Part shown: piece after piece, positions 18,314 to 27,210 of the stretch
Layout: each line of letters opens with the position of its first letter
Numbering within the stretch: position 1 is the stretch's first letter
The notes under the pieces: generated by a model
Database searches by the model: none
The model's input: the letters and a program-made list of their open reading frames with translations, nothing else
Told to the model about the DNA's origin: nothing
Origin: a virus
Lineage: Duplodnaviria > Caudoviricetes
Virus record (IMG/VR): IMGVR_UViG_3300025191_000001
Span: 30,039-94,038 of that record
Reading direction: 5' to 3' (one strand)
DNA: 64,000 bases
Position numbers and translations under genes: made by a program

Positions 18314-18740
18314 ACAAGTAGTAAATTCATATATGTGGGTATACCTGTCCATATATGTCTTATCGTGGTTAGACAACGTGAGCCACTAGCACTAGGGAAG
18401 GTAAGGTCACTACCATGTAGTCATCGTATTACATGGTACACTTTACGGGGTTAGGTGCGATAGTCTGTCAGTTTGTATTAGCTGATGAAGATTAACCCCT
18501 GTTCAACCGATGATACTTAGGTTGTTCGTAACAAGGCTCTTATACAAATAAGAGATGGAAACTTCAAAAACTCTTGAACTCAAGAAGATAATCACTAAGG
18601 TGTTTCTTTTTAGATTCTGGTTTTAAAGATAAAACTTTCAACGCCCTGTCCCCGTAAAACACTGGCAAGTGTTTCCTATTTAGTTAGGTTATGGGGTAGG
18701 GTAGTTGCGTCTTTAAAACTTTGAATCTAAGAAGATAATC
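18314..18740 (+). ncRNA. putative large structured ncRNA or origin primer RNA, copy A
   Basis: No long ORF; series of stems covarying with the paralog at 46359-46779; conserved loops. Confidence 0.7.
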
Positions 18741-18830
18741 TATAAAGATACAATCTTTTAAAGAGACAATCTTTAAAGAGTACCTTTAACAACTACGTTG
18801 TTAGAATACAATCTTTATAAGAGAACAATC
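18720..18830. repeat. iteron-like block (ACAATCTTT x3) and palindrome TAACAAC-TAC-GTTGTTA (18787-18803)
   Basis: 18720-18765 is 45/46 identical to 46759-46804. Confidence 0.8.
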
Positions 18831-18942
18831 TACTAATTACTAGACTGTGAGAAATAAATAGTAATTAATAGTAAATACCTCTTGACTCTGTACTTTAATC
18901 TATCTATACTTACCTCACTTATTTAGGACGAGGTACAGAATT

Positions 18943-19092
18943 ATGAATGAACAAGTATTATTAGATGATGGTTGGTATTGGGTAATAAACAATGATCAAG
19001 GTTACTTGTGGTTAATTAAAGAGAGTGATATAGACTTTAGTAAGCACGTACATCAGTCGGATTGCTTAGACTTTAGAAACAAAACTAGATAA
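18943..19092 (+). CDS. 49-aa hypothetical protein (not in ORF track)
   Basis: GAGGT RBS, promoter TTGACT-N17-TATACT at 18882; MNEQVLLDDGWYWV... Confidence 0.6.
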   Translation: MNEQVLLDDGWYWVINNDQGYLWLIKESDIDFSKHVHQSDCLDFRNKTR

Positions 19093-19102
19093 GGAGTTTG
19101 TT

Positions 19103-19810
19103 ATGAAATATATGGGAAGTAAGAATCGAATAGCTAAAGAAATCCTACCTATTATATTGGATAATAGAAAACCTGACCAGTGGTATGTTGAGCCGTTTGT
19201 TGGTGGAGCTAATATGATTGATAAGGTAGGCGGTAAGCGTATTGCGAATGACCTAAATCAGTATGTAGTTACTATGTTATCTAGATTGGCAGAGGGGTGG
19301 ATTCCAGAGTTAATAACTAAGACAGGTTATCAAGACATTAAAAATAACCATGACGTATACCCAAAAGAGGTAGTAGGATGGGTAGGGATTAATTGTTCTT
19401 ACTCTGGTAAATGGTTTGGAGGGTATGCAGGTGAGGTTCAAACAAAACAAGGCAAGAGGGATTACCAAAAAGAGGCATTAAATAATGTGCTTAAACAAGC
19501 AGAATCTCTCAAAGGAATAACTTTCCTATCTGATGACTATTATAACTTAATTTTACCAAAAGCTAGTCTTATTTACTGTGATCCCCCTTACGCTAATACA
19601 ACAGGATATAAAGATAAATTTGACTATGAAAAGTTCTGGCAATGGTGCAGAGATAAACGCCAAGAAGGGCATGAAGTATTTATCAGTGAATACAATGCTC
19701 CAGATGATTTTACTTGTGTGTGGGAGAAACAAGTAAAGAGTTCTCTATCTGCTAATGGTAAATCTGGTGGAAATAAGCAGTCTATAGAAAAACTTTTTAC
19801 ATTAGTGTAA
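19103..19810 (+). CDS. DNA adenine methyltransferase (D12 class)
   Basis: YMGSK, YVEPFVGG, YCDPPY, FISEY. Confidence 0.9.
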   Translation: MKYMGSKNRIAKEILPIILDNRKPDQWYVEPFVGGANMIDKVGGKRIANDLNQYVVTMLSRLAEGWIPELITKTGYQDIKNNHDVYPKEVVGWVGINCSYSGKWFGGYAGEVQTKQGKRDYQKEALNNVLKQAESLKGITFLSDDYYNLILPKASLIYCDPPYANTTGYKDKFDYEKFWQWCRDKRQEGHEVFISEYNAPDDFTCVWEKQVKSSLSANGKSGGNKQSIEKLFTLV

Positions 19811-19877
19811 AATACTCCTTGACACACAATCACACTACACATAAACTAAGACAACATTAACAAAGAGGAGAAACATT

Positions 19878-20651
19878 ATGGAAAACGGTAAATATAGAGT
19901 GAAAGATGATTGTAAGACTTCTTCTGACGTAGAATTACAGATTGAAGTGGTAGACGGTGTTGCTACTTGTACAAAAGTAGAATATCTCTTGCATTGGGAG
20001 TTAGGCGAACAGATAGACACAGAATCCCTTAGTCCTGGACCTTGGGAACGTATCTCTAATGAGGAAATTCCCACATTTAAGAAAGGGGATAGGGTTAGGA
20101 AGAAAGATGGGACAAACTTTAGTAATAAGGAACTTGTAGCGACTGTAGATAGGGTTGAACCTATAGTTTGGCTGAAAGAAACAGCTACAAAGATTGACCC
20201 CCAATCTTTAGAACTAGTGCAGATTTCCTCTGAAGAACCTATTGATGAGTATCCTTTCAAAGAGGGTGATAAGGTTAAGAAAAAAGATGGGTATGCTTTT
20301 AGTAATGGACAATACGTTGTTACTGTAGATAGTAGCACGTATCTTGATGGTATGGCAGCAGTATGGATTAAAGAAACAAGTACTTATATTCACTCTGATC
20401 ATTTAGAGTTATGTATCTCTACTCCTACCCCACACAAATATGCTGATGTAATAAAAGCTTGGGCAGATGGGTATGAGGTGCAGCATCATAATAGTATAAA
20501 CGACGTGTGGTATAACAGTAATTTTCCCACCTTCGACCCAAACTTAAACTGGCGTATCAAACCAGATAACCCTAACCAAGATAGAATCCTAGAGATAGAG
20601 AGTACTATTACTGAATTACAAAATGAATTAGAAGAGTTAAAGACCTCTTAG
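19878..20651 (+). CDS. hypothetical protein with two SH3-like internal repeats
   Basis: FKxGDxVxKKDG..FSN...TVD...VWxKET twice; promoter TTGACA-N17-TAAACT at 19819. Confidence 0.75.
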   Translation: MENGKYRVKDDCKTSSDVELQIEVVDGVATCTKVEYLLHWELGEQIDTESLSPGPWERISNEEIPTFKKGDRVRKKDGTNFSNKELVATVDRVEPIVWLKETATKIDPQSLELVQISSEEPIDEYPFKEGDKVKKKDGYAFSNGQYVVTVDSSTYLDGMAAVWIKETSTYIHSDHLELCISTPTPHKYADVIKAWADGYEVQHHNSINDVWYNSNFPTFDPNLNWRIKPDNPNQDRILEIESTITELQNELEELKTS

Positions 20652-20656
20652 AAGTT

Positions 20657-20692
20657 ACACCCTTGCCTGAGATAGTGGTAAGGGTGTTTTTT
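20657..20692 (+). terminator. intrinsic terminator
   Basis: ACACCCTTGCC/GGTAAGGGTGT stem plus T tract. Confidence 0.8.
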
Positions 20693-20774
20693 ATTATCTA
20701 ATTTAAAATAGTTGTTGACATAGCTAGAGTAGTGGACTATTATTATTAAACCAATAAAAGAGAGGAATAAAATT

Positions 20775-20999
20775 ATGCAAAACATGTATAGAGTATCGGA
20801 TAGGTTACGTAGAAGAGAAGACACCATAAACTCATCGACTATCGTATCTAATGAATTTGAACAGTGTGGATGTTTATATTACTTCAGTAAGCTAGAAAAT
20901 GCGTGTAAAGCTGCAATAGAGTTTGACAATATGGTAGTGCCTATAGTTTACTGTAAAGACACTAGAAAGAGTGATGACTGGTATGAGGGGAAATTATGA
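20775..20999 (+). CDS. hypothetical protein
   Basis: GAGGA RBS, TTGACA-N17-TATTAT promoter upstream. Confidence 0.65.
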   Translation: MQNMYRVSDRLRRREDTINSSTIVSNEFEQCGCLYYFSKLENACKAAIEFDNMVVPIVYCKDTRKSDDWYEGKL

Positions 21000-21307
21000 A
21001 ATGTGAAGAATTAGTAAGTGTATTGAAATCCGCAGGTGTGGAAGTTCTTAATGAAGATGAATTTGGACGACTTGACGAAGACCTAAACCTCGTTAGGGAT
21101 TTGAGATTCTGTGTAGATGACTCAGAGTATTCGATAGTTTGGTTTAATAACATGATGACCCTCCATACATGGAACTCTACACAACAAACTATGTTCACTA
21201 GAATAGAGCATTCTGGTACATGGCCTAATAATTTCAAGCGTAACCTTCAAATGTATTACAAAGATGATTGTATTTGTATGATAGGACTAGAGAGGTATTC
21301 AGAATGA
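20996..21307 (+). CDS. hypothetical protein
   Basis: ATGA coupling. Confidence 0.65.
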   Translation: MKCEELVSVLKSAGVEVLNEDEFGRLDEDLNLVRDLRFCVDDSEYSIVWFNNMMTLHTWNSTQQTMFTRIEHSGTWPNNFKRNLQMYYKDDCICMIGLERYSE

Positions 21308-21612
21308 GTGAACAACTAGATTTATTTTCTTCTTATGAATGTGATCCTAGAGGTGCTACTGGTATGTATATCTGGTACAGTAATTGCCCTTGGGGAAAAC
21401 CCGACCTGTACTGCGATATTGTAAGTATTAAAGGTCAATACATAGTATTCAGTGTCATTAATGGAACATGGGAAGGTAGGTTGGACTTAGCAAATAAAAC
21501 TATGAGAATTTTCCACCCTTGGTATGAGGATAGTGTACACCTTTATCATAAATACGAATTTATTTACTATAAACCTAAAAAAGTTCTTGACACAGATAAC
21601 ATTCCTTCCTAG
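21304..21612 (+). CDS. hypothetical protein
   Basis: Start reassigned to ATGA overlap. Confidence 0.6.
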   Translation: MSEQLDLFSSYECDPRGATGMYIWYSNCPWGKPDLYCDIVSIKGQYIVFSVINGTWEGRLDLANKTMRIFHPWYEDSVHLYHKYEFIYYKPKKVLDTDNIPS

Positions 21613-21703
21613 AATACACATATTCAATAATCAATCACATTGAACAATGTTACAATTATTAATCACGAATATATTTATGAATAATCACACAGGAGAGACA
21701 ATT

Positions 21704-22312
21704 ATGAAAATTAACAGACTAGATTATGTACGTACAGAGGCTTTTAGTTTATGGGAGTTGACTTTGTTAGAAGAACTAATACGTAGTCAAGGTTATAAAT
21801 TAACAGATGAAGTGAATAGTTATTATGTTGGGAACTGGCTTGAATATGGAGTAGATGAGTCGGGTCATGCTGTTTTTTGGAATACTCAATTCTTAGAAAA
21901 GTGGGAGGGTAATGACATCACAGAGCAATTCCGTGATTATTTAGATAAGAGAGGAGCAGACGTTGAAAAGGAAGAATCTTCTAATAGTAAGTCCTTTACA
22001 AAGGATGATTTAAAAGATGGAATGGTTGTTAATTTTAGAAGAGGTGACAGTGGATTGATATTTAATAAGATGGTTTACTCCACAAGTAAGGAAGACTTTG
22101 CAAATCTTTCTACAAAAAGATGTATCATCGGCTTAGAACGTCTAAAAGAAGACCTCTCTCACAAAGATTTACCTTATTATGAAATCATCAAAGTATCATA
22201 CATGGACGAAGTTCTGTGGGAACGTATAGAAGAAACCCCTGAACAAAAGCGTATCAAAGAACTAGAGAAGATTATCTCTGAAGCTCAGAAAGCATTGGAG
22301 GGTCTACAATGA
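21704..22312 (+). CDS. hypothetical protein
   Basis: AGGAG RBS; FTKDDLKDGMVV motif. Confidence 0.7.
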   Translation: MKINRLDYVRTEAFSLWELTLLEELIRSQGYKLTDEVNSYYVGNWLEYGVDESGHAVFWNTQFLEKWEGNDITEQFRDYLDKRGADVEKEESSNSKSFTKDDLKDGMVVNFRRGDSGLIFNKMVYSTSKEDFANLSTKRCIIGLERLKEDLSHKDLPYYEIIKVSYMDEVLWERIEETPEQKRIKELEKIISEAQKALEGLQ

Positions 22313-22515
22313 GAGAGGTGAAACTCCCTTTTGAAGCCTGTGACGCTATTGTTATTGCCTGTTTAAAGGATGACTATGAGGATGTTAAAGCCTCTAAGGA
22401 GTATTACTCTATAGGATTAGCCAATGCTATACGATGCCTACTTAGGTACTACATGGTGGACAGTGAATACGAAGCTTGGACTACTAGTGTAGGTATAGAG
22501 GTAGATGAGGGCTAA
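22309..22515 (+). CDS. hypothetical protein
   Basis: ATGA coupling, GGAGG RBS. Confidence 0.65.
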   Translation: MREVKLPFEACDAIVIACLKDDYEDVKASKEYYSIGLANAIRCLLRYYMVDSEYEAWTTSVGIEVDEG

Positions 22516-22636
22516 CTTCTGGAGAGGGTATAGAAAGGGGTGGTACACAGGGTTCATTCTTGTGCTTATATCCTCTCTAATCCTCTACACAATTGTTATC
22601 ATCTATTTGACAAACTCACGAGGATTGTTATTCTAA
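22505..22636 (+). CDS. 43-aa single-TM membrane peptide (not in ORF track)
   Basis: MRANFWRGYRKGWYTGFILVLISSLILYTIVIIYLTNSRGLLF; GAGGT RBS. Confidence 0.6.
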   Translation: MRANFWRGYRKGWYTGFILVLISSLILYTIVIIYLTNSRGLLF

Positions 22637-22651
22637 AATTAGAATTCCTAT

Positions 22652-22748
22652 TAGAGCCTCTCAGACACGTTCTGAGGGGTTTTCTTGTATATAGTGGTAT
22701 GATTGTATACCTTAGAATTAAGTCCTCTTAGAATGGCTTACAGGAGCT
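22652..22748. repeat. dispersed intergenic element, copy E4
   Basis: TGAGGGGTTTT...GGTATGATTGTATACC...AAGTCCTCTTAGAATGGCTTACAG. Confidence 0.7.
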
Positions 22749-22841
22749 TTAAATTAATTATAAAATAATTGAAAATAATGTTTGACAGGGGGTTATTCTT
22801 TTGCAATACTTACCTTATCTAAACAGAGGAGAGAGTGGATA

Positions 22842-23033
22842 ATGAATATTGCAGAAACAATTGTACACAAAGCTAACGGAGACACAAGCTCTGTCATGGA
22901 ATTGTCTAATAAACATGCTGTTGATAGAGAACAAAACTTTGAGAAAGAGAAAACTTATTATTTCTTTGTTGACAACAGTGGTATTGTTGTCCATAATGAC
23001 CTTGTTGAAACATTTCCAGGAGAGTACTTATGA
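22842..23033 (+). CDS. hypothetical protein
   Basis: GAGGAG RBS, TTGACA promoter at 22782. Confidence 0.6.
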   Translation: MNIAETIVHKANGDTSSVMELSNKHAVDREQNFEKEKTYYFFVDNSGIVVHNDLVETFPGEYL

Positions 23034-23308
23034 TTGATATTACACGTATGTCAAATACAGAATTTAAACAGTTCACTAAAGGAAAGTTTTTCTCCTGCAA
23101 GTTTATTAAGAAATCAGGTGAACTTCGTGAATACAAAGGGGCTAGAGTAGAAGTTACTAAAGACAGTAAATTTACGATGCATAATAATATAGAGCATAAG
23201 CAGAATTTAGTTAGTGTGTATGTTCCTAATGAGAAACGTCCTAGGGCTACTCTTAATTTAGAAACTGTTAAAGAACTGACTTTCCAAGGGAAAACTTATA
23301 AATATTAA
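23030..23308 (+). CDS. WYL_2/Sm-like SH3 beta-barrel protein
   Basis: FSCKFIKKSGELREY motif. Confidence 0.55.
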   Translation: MIDITRMSNTEFKQFTKGKFFSCKFIKKSGELREYKGARVEVTKDSKFTMHNNIEHKQNLVSVYVPNEKRPRATLNLETVKELTFQGKTYKY

Positions 23309-23375
23309 GTGTTTACACAGGGAGGTGTGTTAAGGTAGTATTTGTTTTAGAATGTTAATGAGGAGAAGAGGAAGA

Positions 23376-23996
23376 ATGAGTGATTTAGATAGGTTATTTG
23401 AAAATGCGCCAGAGGGTGCGGTTGACTTGCGTGAACATAAACAAGCAGGGCATCTAAGATGGTTTGATAAAGAAGGTAAGGCTTGGTGTGGAGAAAATTG
23501 GTTTGTTTCTGAGTTTAAGAAATGGAAAACTATAGCTACACTACCACAGCCAGAACGCAAAACGGTTGAGGATGCGGTTGAGTACATCGAAGGCTACTGC
23601 GATGATGTATGGACATGTAGTCTTGACGCTTTATGTTACGTGGATGACGTTTGGTTTTATGACAAAGCTGGCATAAACAAGAATCAAGTATGCACCCGTG
23701 AAGAGTTCGAAGCTTGTGTTGCTGCTAAGGCTAAGAGAGAGCCTGAGTGGACTCATAGAACCAAACATAGCAAATTGTGCAAAATTGTTTTAGAGGAGCC
23801 TGACACTGACGGTTACATTGTTGTTTTAACAGAGGAGGGTGAATACATTAAACATCATACAGCACTCAAACCCATCAAGCCTACAATCACGAAGGCTGAG
23901 CATGAGTTTTTATGTAGGTTCTCTGCTGATGTAAGTGACATTCGTATAGTTAACGCTGTAGAGTCGTATCTAGCTGAGCATAAGGTAGTAGAGTAA
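23376..23996 (+). CDS. hypothetical protein
   Basis: FENAPEGA, VCTREEFEACV motifs, RBS. Confidence 0.7.
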   Translation: MSDLDRLFENAPEGAVDLREHKQAGHLRWFDKEGKAWCGENWFVSEFKKWKTIATLPQPERKTVEDAVEYIEGYCDDVWTCSLDALCYVDDVWFYDKAGINKNQVCTREEFEACVAAKAKREPEWTHRTKHSKLCKIVLEEPDTDGYIVVLTEEGEYIKHHTALKPIKPTITKAEHEFLCRFSADVSDIRIVNAVESYLAEHKVVE

Positions 23997-24134
23997 TCAC
24001 CTCCACAGACACATTGACACAGTTTTCTATATTGTGTATACTGACAATCTCTGGCTTAGGGCTTATTCTTATAGGATTAGAACTGGCTAGGATTGTCATT
24101 CTAATTATATCTACATTATTAAAGAGAAAACATT

Positions 24135-24341
24135 ATGAGGATAAGTAAGTCACAACATAGAGGATTATATTATTTCTTTGGGAGTGAAACCTCTTGTACA
24201 TTTGATAGGTTTAAGGTTAACACATACTCAGGGCAACTGTCTGTGGATTTGTATAGAGACAATGTTTATCTGATGTCTGTCAACTTTGAACATTCAAAAG
24301 AGTTTTGTAAGCAATGGAGACTGATGAGTATAAAGGACTGA
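24135..24341 (+). CDS. hypothetical protein
   Basis: ORF after TTGACA-N17-TATACT promoter at 24014. Confidence 0.55.
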   Translation: MRISKSQHRGLYYFFGSETSCTFDRFKVNTYSGQLSVDLYRDNVYLMSVNFEHSKEFCKQWRLMSIKD

Positions 24342-24375
24342 ATCTTTTAGGAACAACCTCTATATTAACACTCTC

Positions 24376-24460
24376 TGAGAGCCATTTTAAGAGGTTGTAA
24401 TTTTAACTAAGGTGATTGTATAGGGTAGAGTAATATCTCTTTATACAGAGCCATACAGGA
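24376..24460. repeat. dispersed intergenic element, copy E5
   Basis: Near-colinear with reverse complement of 589-670. Confidence 0.75.
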
Positions 24461-24476
24461 ACGATTAGGAGAGGTA

Positions 24477-24917
24477 ATGAACTTCCCAAAGAGAGAATAC
24501 GTAAGTGAACCAGAAATAACGAAAGTTTACACTATAAATGTACACATTGAACCTGAGATTATGTGGCATAAAGAGTTCACCTATATGGATAACGAGGCAC
24601 TGGCAACCTTTGATGGTGACAAAATCTACAGGAATTTAGAAAATAAAGTGGAAGTTGCTAGAGCTAAACAATTCGCAGAAGTTGTGGATGGAACATTAGA
24701 CAGCGTTTACATAAGCAAACAACTTATTATAGTAGAGCCAAAACTAGAAAGGATTCTTTCTGAGGATTATCGTAATAAGATAAAAGAACTAGAGGAAAAG
24801 CTCACTATAAAAGAGAACCTTTTAAAGGATAGAGTAACTACTATAGATTTATACAATAATCTACCGTGGTGGAAGAAACTTTTCACTTTTACTATTTACA
24901 ATGATGAGAATATATAA
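24477..24917 (+). CDS. hypothetical protein
   Basis: Coiled coil plus PWWKKLF C-terminal motif. Confidence 0.7.
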   Translation: MNFPKREYVSEPEITKVYTINVHIEPEIMWHKEFTYMDNEALATFDGDKIYRNLENKVEVARAKQFAEVVDGTLDSVYISKQLIIVEPKLERILSEDYRNKIKELEEKLTIKENLLKDRVTTIDLYNNLPWWKKLFTFTIYNDENI

Positions 24918-25168
24918 AACGATTAATACTAACATTAGGACTAGCGCTATTTCTCACTGGATGTGTAGAGGAAAAAGTAGTTTATTTGAATGAGAAAGGG
25001 GAACGGATGGAGGCTAGAGCTATATCCGATTGGAGTAATGAAGTAGGTGAAGTTTGTATTAAGAGGGTTGTCTATTATACGTATTTCTACGGAAACCGAG
25101 CAGGTATATCTCCTAAGATTGTTCCTAGGGGCAACCAATTCAATAAACCCTTTATAGAAAAATGCTAG
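24914..25168 (+). CDS. putative lipoprotein, apparent ATA start
   Basis: In-frame (M)KRLILTLGLALFLTG-C lipobox upstream of the annotated TTG at 24986. Confidence 0.6.
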   Translation: MKRLILTLGLALFLTGCVEEKVVYLNEKGERMEARAISDWSNEVGEVCIKRVVYYTYFYGNRAGISPKIVPRGNQFNKPFIEKC

Positions 25169-25204
25169 ATACAATTCCAGTTGAAAATTTGACCCGTTTA
25201 ATAG

Positions 25205-25240
25205 TCCCATTAGCTTAATTGCTAGTGGGATTTTTCTTTT
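25205..25240 (+). terminator. intrinsic terminator
   Basis: TCCCATTAGC/GCTAGTGGGA stem plus T tract. Confidence 0.8.
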
Positions 25241-25486
25241 TAGGGATCGACACTAAAGTCACTCTAGCCTAGAGTAAAAGATGGCTAGGATTTTGACACA
25301 AAGGGGATTTTCTCTGGACTAGAGACGAGGCTGATTATGCTAGACGCTTTTTTCGCTAGAAAGCTAATTAATTTTCATAAGTATAAAAATATATTATGCG
25401 ATTCTTTTATAAGGTATACCATACATTTATGGGATTTATATGAAGTATTTATTAGATAAATGACATGTTGGCATGAAAATTAATAA

Positions 25487-25503
25487 AGCAAATAGTATGC
25501 CAA
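25487..25503 (-). promoter_or_regulatory. sigma54 -24/-12 box
   Basis: TTGGCATACTATTTGCT (GG-N10-GC). Confidence 0.55.
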
Positions 25504-25647
25504 TTTATTTTCTATTGGGCAGGGATGGTTCAAGCAAAAGCTTTACATATAAATGTGGGTTATCTACCTTGCCCCGTTTTTCTCAATTTGTGAAGCTAGT
25601 ATAAATAAAGCGCTCACATATTGCAAGCGCTTTTTGAAATTATCTTA

Positions 25648-25902
25648 TTATTTAATTAGTTTCCCTTTTACCTTGCTATAACCTTGCGCACCAACACTAT
25701 TGTAATATGTAAATTTTACAGTCTTTTGTAGTATATCTTTACCAGAAAATTTTAGGGCGTATTTTTCAGGAGATACAGGGTTACTTGTAAAATCTAGCAA
25801 TTGAATATTACAACGTGCCCCCTCGTCTATCATAAAATTAGTGTTTTCAATTAAAAATTTCAATGCATCTTTTTTTGTCATATCTTTAAAATTGTTATTC
25901 AT
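25648..25902 (-). CDS. pre-early hypothetical protein
   Basis: AGGTGG RBS; terminator AAAGCGCT/AGCGCTTT near 25608-25636. Confidence 0.6.
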   Translation of the reverse strand: MNNNFKDMTKKDALKFLIENTNFMIDEGARCNIQLLDFTSNPVSPEKYALKFSGKDILQKTVKFTYYNSVGAQGYSKVKGKLIK

Positions 25903-26082
25903 TTGTCCACCTTTTCATTAATTGGCATTATCGCCTTGAACGGTTGAAAGCTTACACTATTAGATAAGAATGTAAAGAACAAAAAGCAATAAACATAGAA
26001 GTTTTTAGAATAGTGAAAGTTTCACATTTATATTTATTTGTGTTTTAATAAAAATAATTATTTAGAGTTAAAAGGTGGAATA

Positions 26083-26316
26083 ATGTCTTTAGTGGAAAAG
26101 CAAATTTTTATTGCCTCTCATAGAGGTAAAGTGCAAATAGTTGACGTGTTTTTAAATAATACATTATACGATGAAACCTCACAAAAAACAGCTTGTGAGG
26201 TACATTACACACTCGTAGATGAGGTTGGTGTATTAGAGAAAAGTTTTGATAAAATAGAATTTTCTACTTATGTAGGATATTGGGATATAAATTTCATAAA
26301 AAAGTGTTTGACATAG
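26083..26316 (+). CDS. pre-early hypothetical protein
   Basis: AAGGTGG RBS. Confidence 0.6.
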   Translation: MSLVEKQIFIASHRGKVQIVDVFLNNTLYDETSQKTACEVHYTLVDEVGVLEKSFDKIEFSTYVGYWDINFIKKCLT

Positions 26317-26379
26317 TGAAAAATCTTATGTAGATTGTAATCCATGTAATGATGCATTAATAAATGAAGGTTTAAGGTT

Positions 26380-26739
26380 ATGAGCAATCGTATAGTGATT
26401 TATGCCCCGTCCAATTTAGGTTATAAAAAAATTACATCCCGTACAATAGAAGAGGGGACTGTCTTACCCAAAAATTACTTCTACACCGAGGAGGAAGCGG
26501 TTAACGAGTATGACAGACGTAAAAAAGAATGTGAGGAAGAAAGAAAACACTTTGAAAATTCTTTTTTATTCGAGGCAAAAGAAGCAGAAGAAAAAATAAA
26601 CCAAGTTTTAAAAAATACAGGTTTTGATTTAGACTTTTGTTATGATGGGGATAGCCAAGGCATACACTCAGAAAAACTATATATCAGTAAGACTATAGCG
26701 GGTAAGTATCATCATTATTTTGAATATGAATTAAAATAA
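26380..26739 (+). CDS. pre-early hypothetical protein
   Basis: AAGG RBS after promoter. Confidence 0.7.
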   Translation: MSNRIVIYAPSNLGYKKITSRTIEEGTVLPKNYFYTEEEAVNEYDRRKKECEEERKHFENSFLFEAKEAEEKINQVLKNTGFDLDFCYDGDSQGIHSEKLYISKTIAGKYHHYFEYELK

Positions 26740-26801
26740 AGTTTGACAAATAAAAACATGTAGTTTAGTGTTAGCACTCATTCAATAAATAAGGTTTACA
26801 A

Positions 26802-26888
26802 ATGGAACTCGAAAAACTTTTAAACATACTACTTTACATTGGTTTTGTGTGTGGTATGGTAACGACTCTTCACTTAGTTTTAGTTAAT
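26802..26888 (+). CDS. 28-aa membrane peptide (not in ORF track)
   Basis: MELEKLLNILLYIGFVCGMVTTLHLVFS; AAGGT RBS just after promoter. Confidence 0.5.
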
Positions 26889-26907
26889 TTATAAAAGGTA
26901 ACAAATT

Positions 26908-27210
26908 ATGGTACAAGGTTTAATTCTATTCTCTGATAGTTCACGCGGTATAACTATTCCACAATTTTTCGCTAAATCAGTACAGCGTAATTATGTTTAT
27001 GGCATTAATGAAGAGGATCTGGATTGGTTTTTATCTAATGACGTTGATCATATAGAATACTGGGATCGGTGGGATGAAATATTAAACAATTGTTACATAC
27101 AAGACCATGATAATAATACATGGTATTTATCCCAAGACGGCGACCTATGGTTATTTAATGAAGAAGCAATGACTGAAGAAGAAAAAGAAAACTTTTTTGG
27201 TCAATTTTAA
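26908..27210 (+). CDS. acidic pre-early protein
   Basis: RGITIPQFFA...EYWDRWDEIL...YLSQDGDLW. Confidence 0.7.
   Translation: MVQGLILFSDSSRGITIPQFFAKSVQRNYVYGINEEDLDWFLSNDVDHIEYWDRWDEILNNCYIQDHDNNTWYLSQDGDLWLFNEEAMTEEEKENFFGQF

Noticed and set aside
18314-18830. Retron msr-msd, group I/II intron, tRNA or tmRNA as the identity of the paired elements
   Set aside because: No reverse transcriptase in the window, no interrupted gene, and no recognisable intron core, cloverleaf or tag reading frame
18740-18830. CRISPR-like array
   Set aside because: Repeats are about 9 bp, irregularly spaced, with no spacers or cas genes
22540-22731. ORF-track 63-aa ORF
   Set aside because: Runs through repeat E4; the 22505-22636 membrane peptide has the RBS
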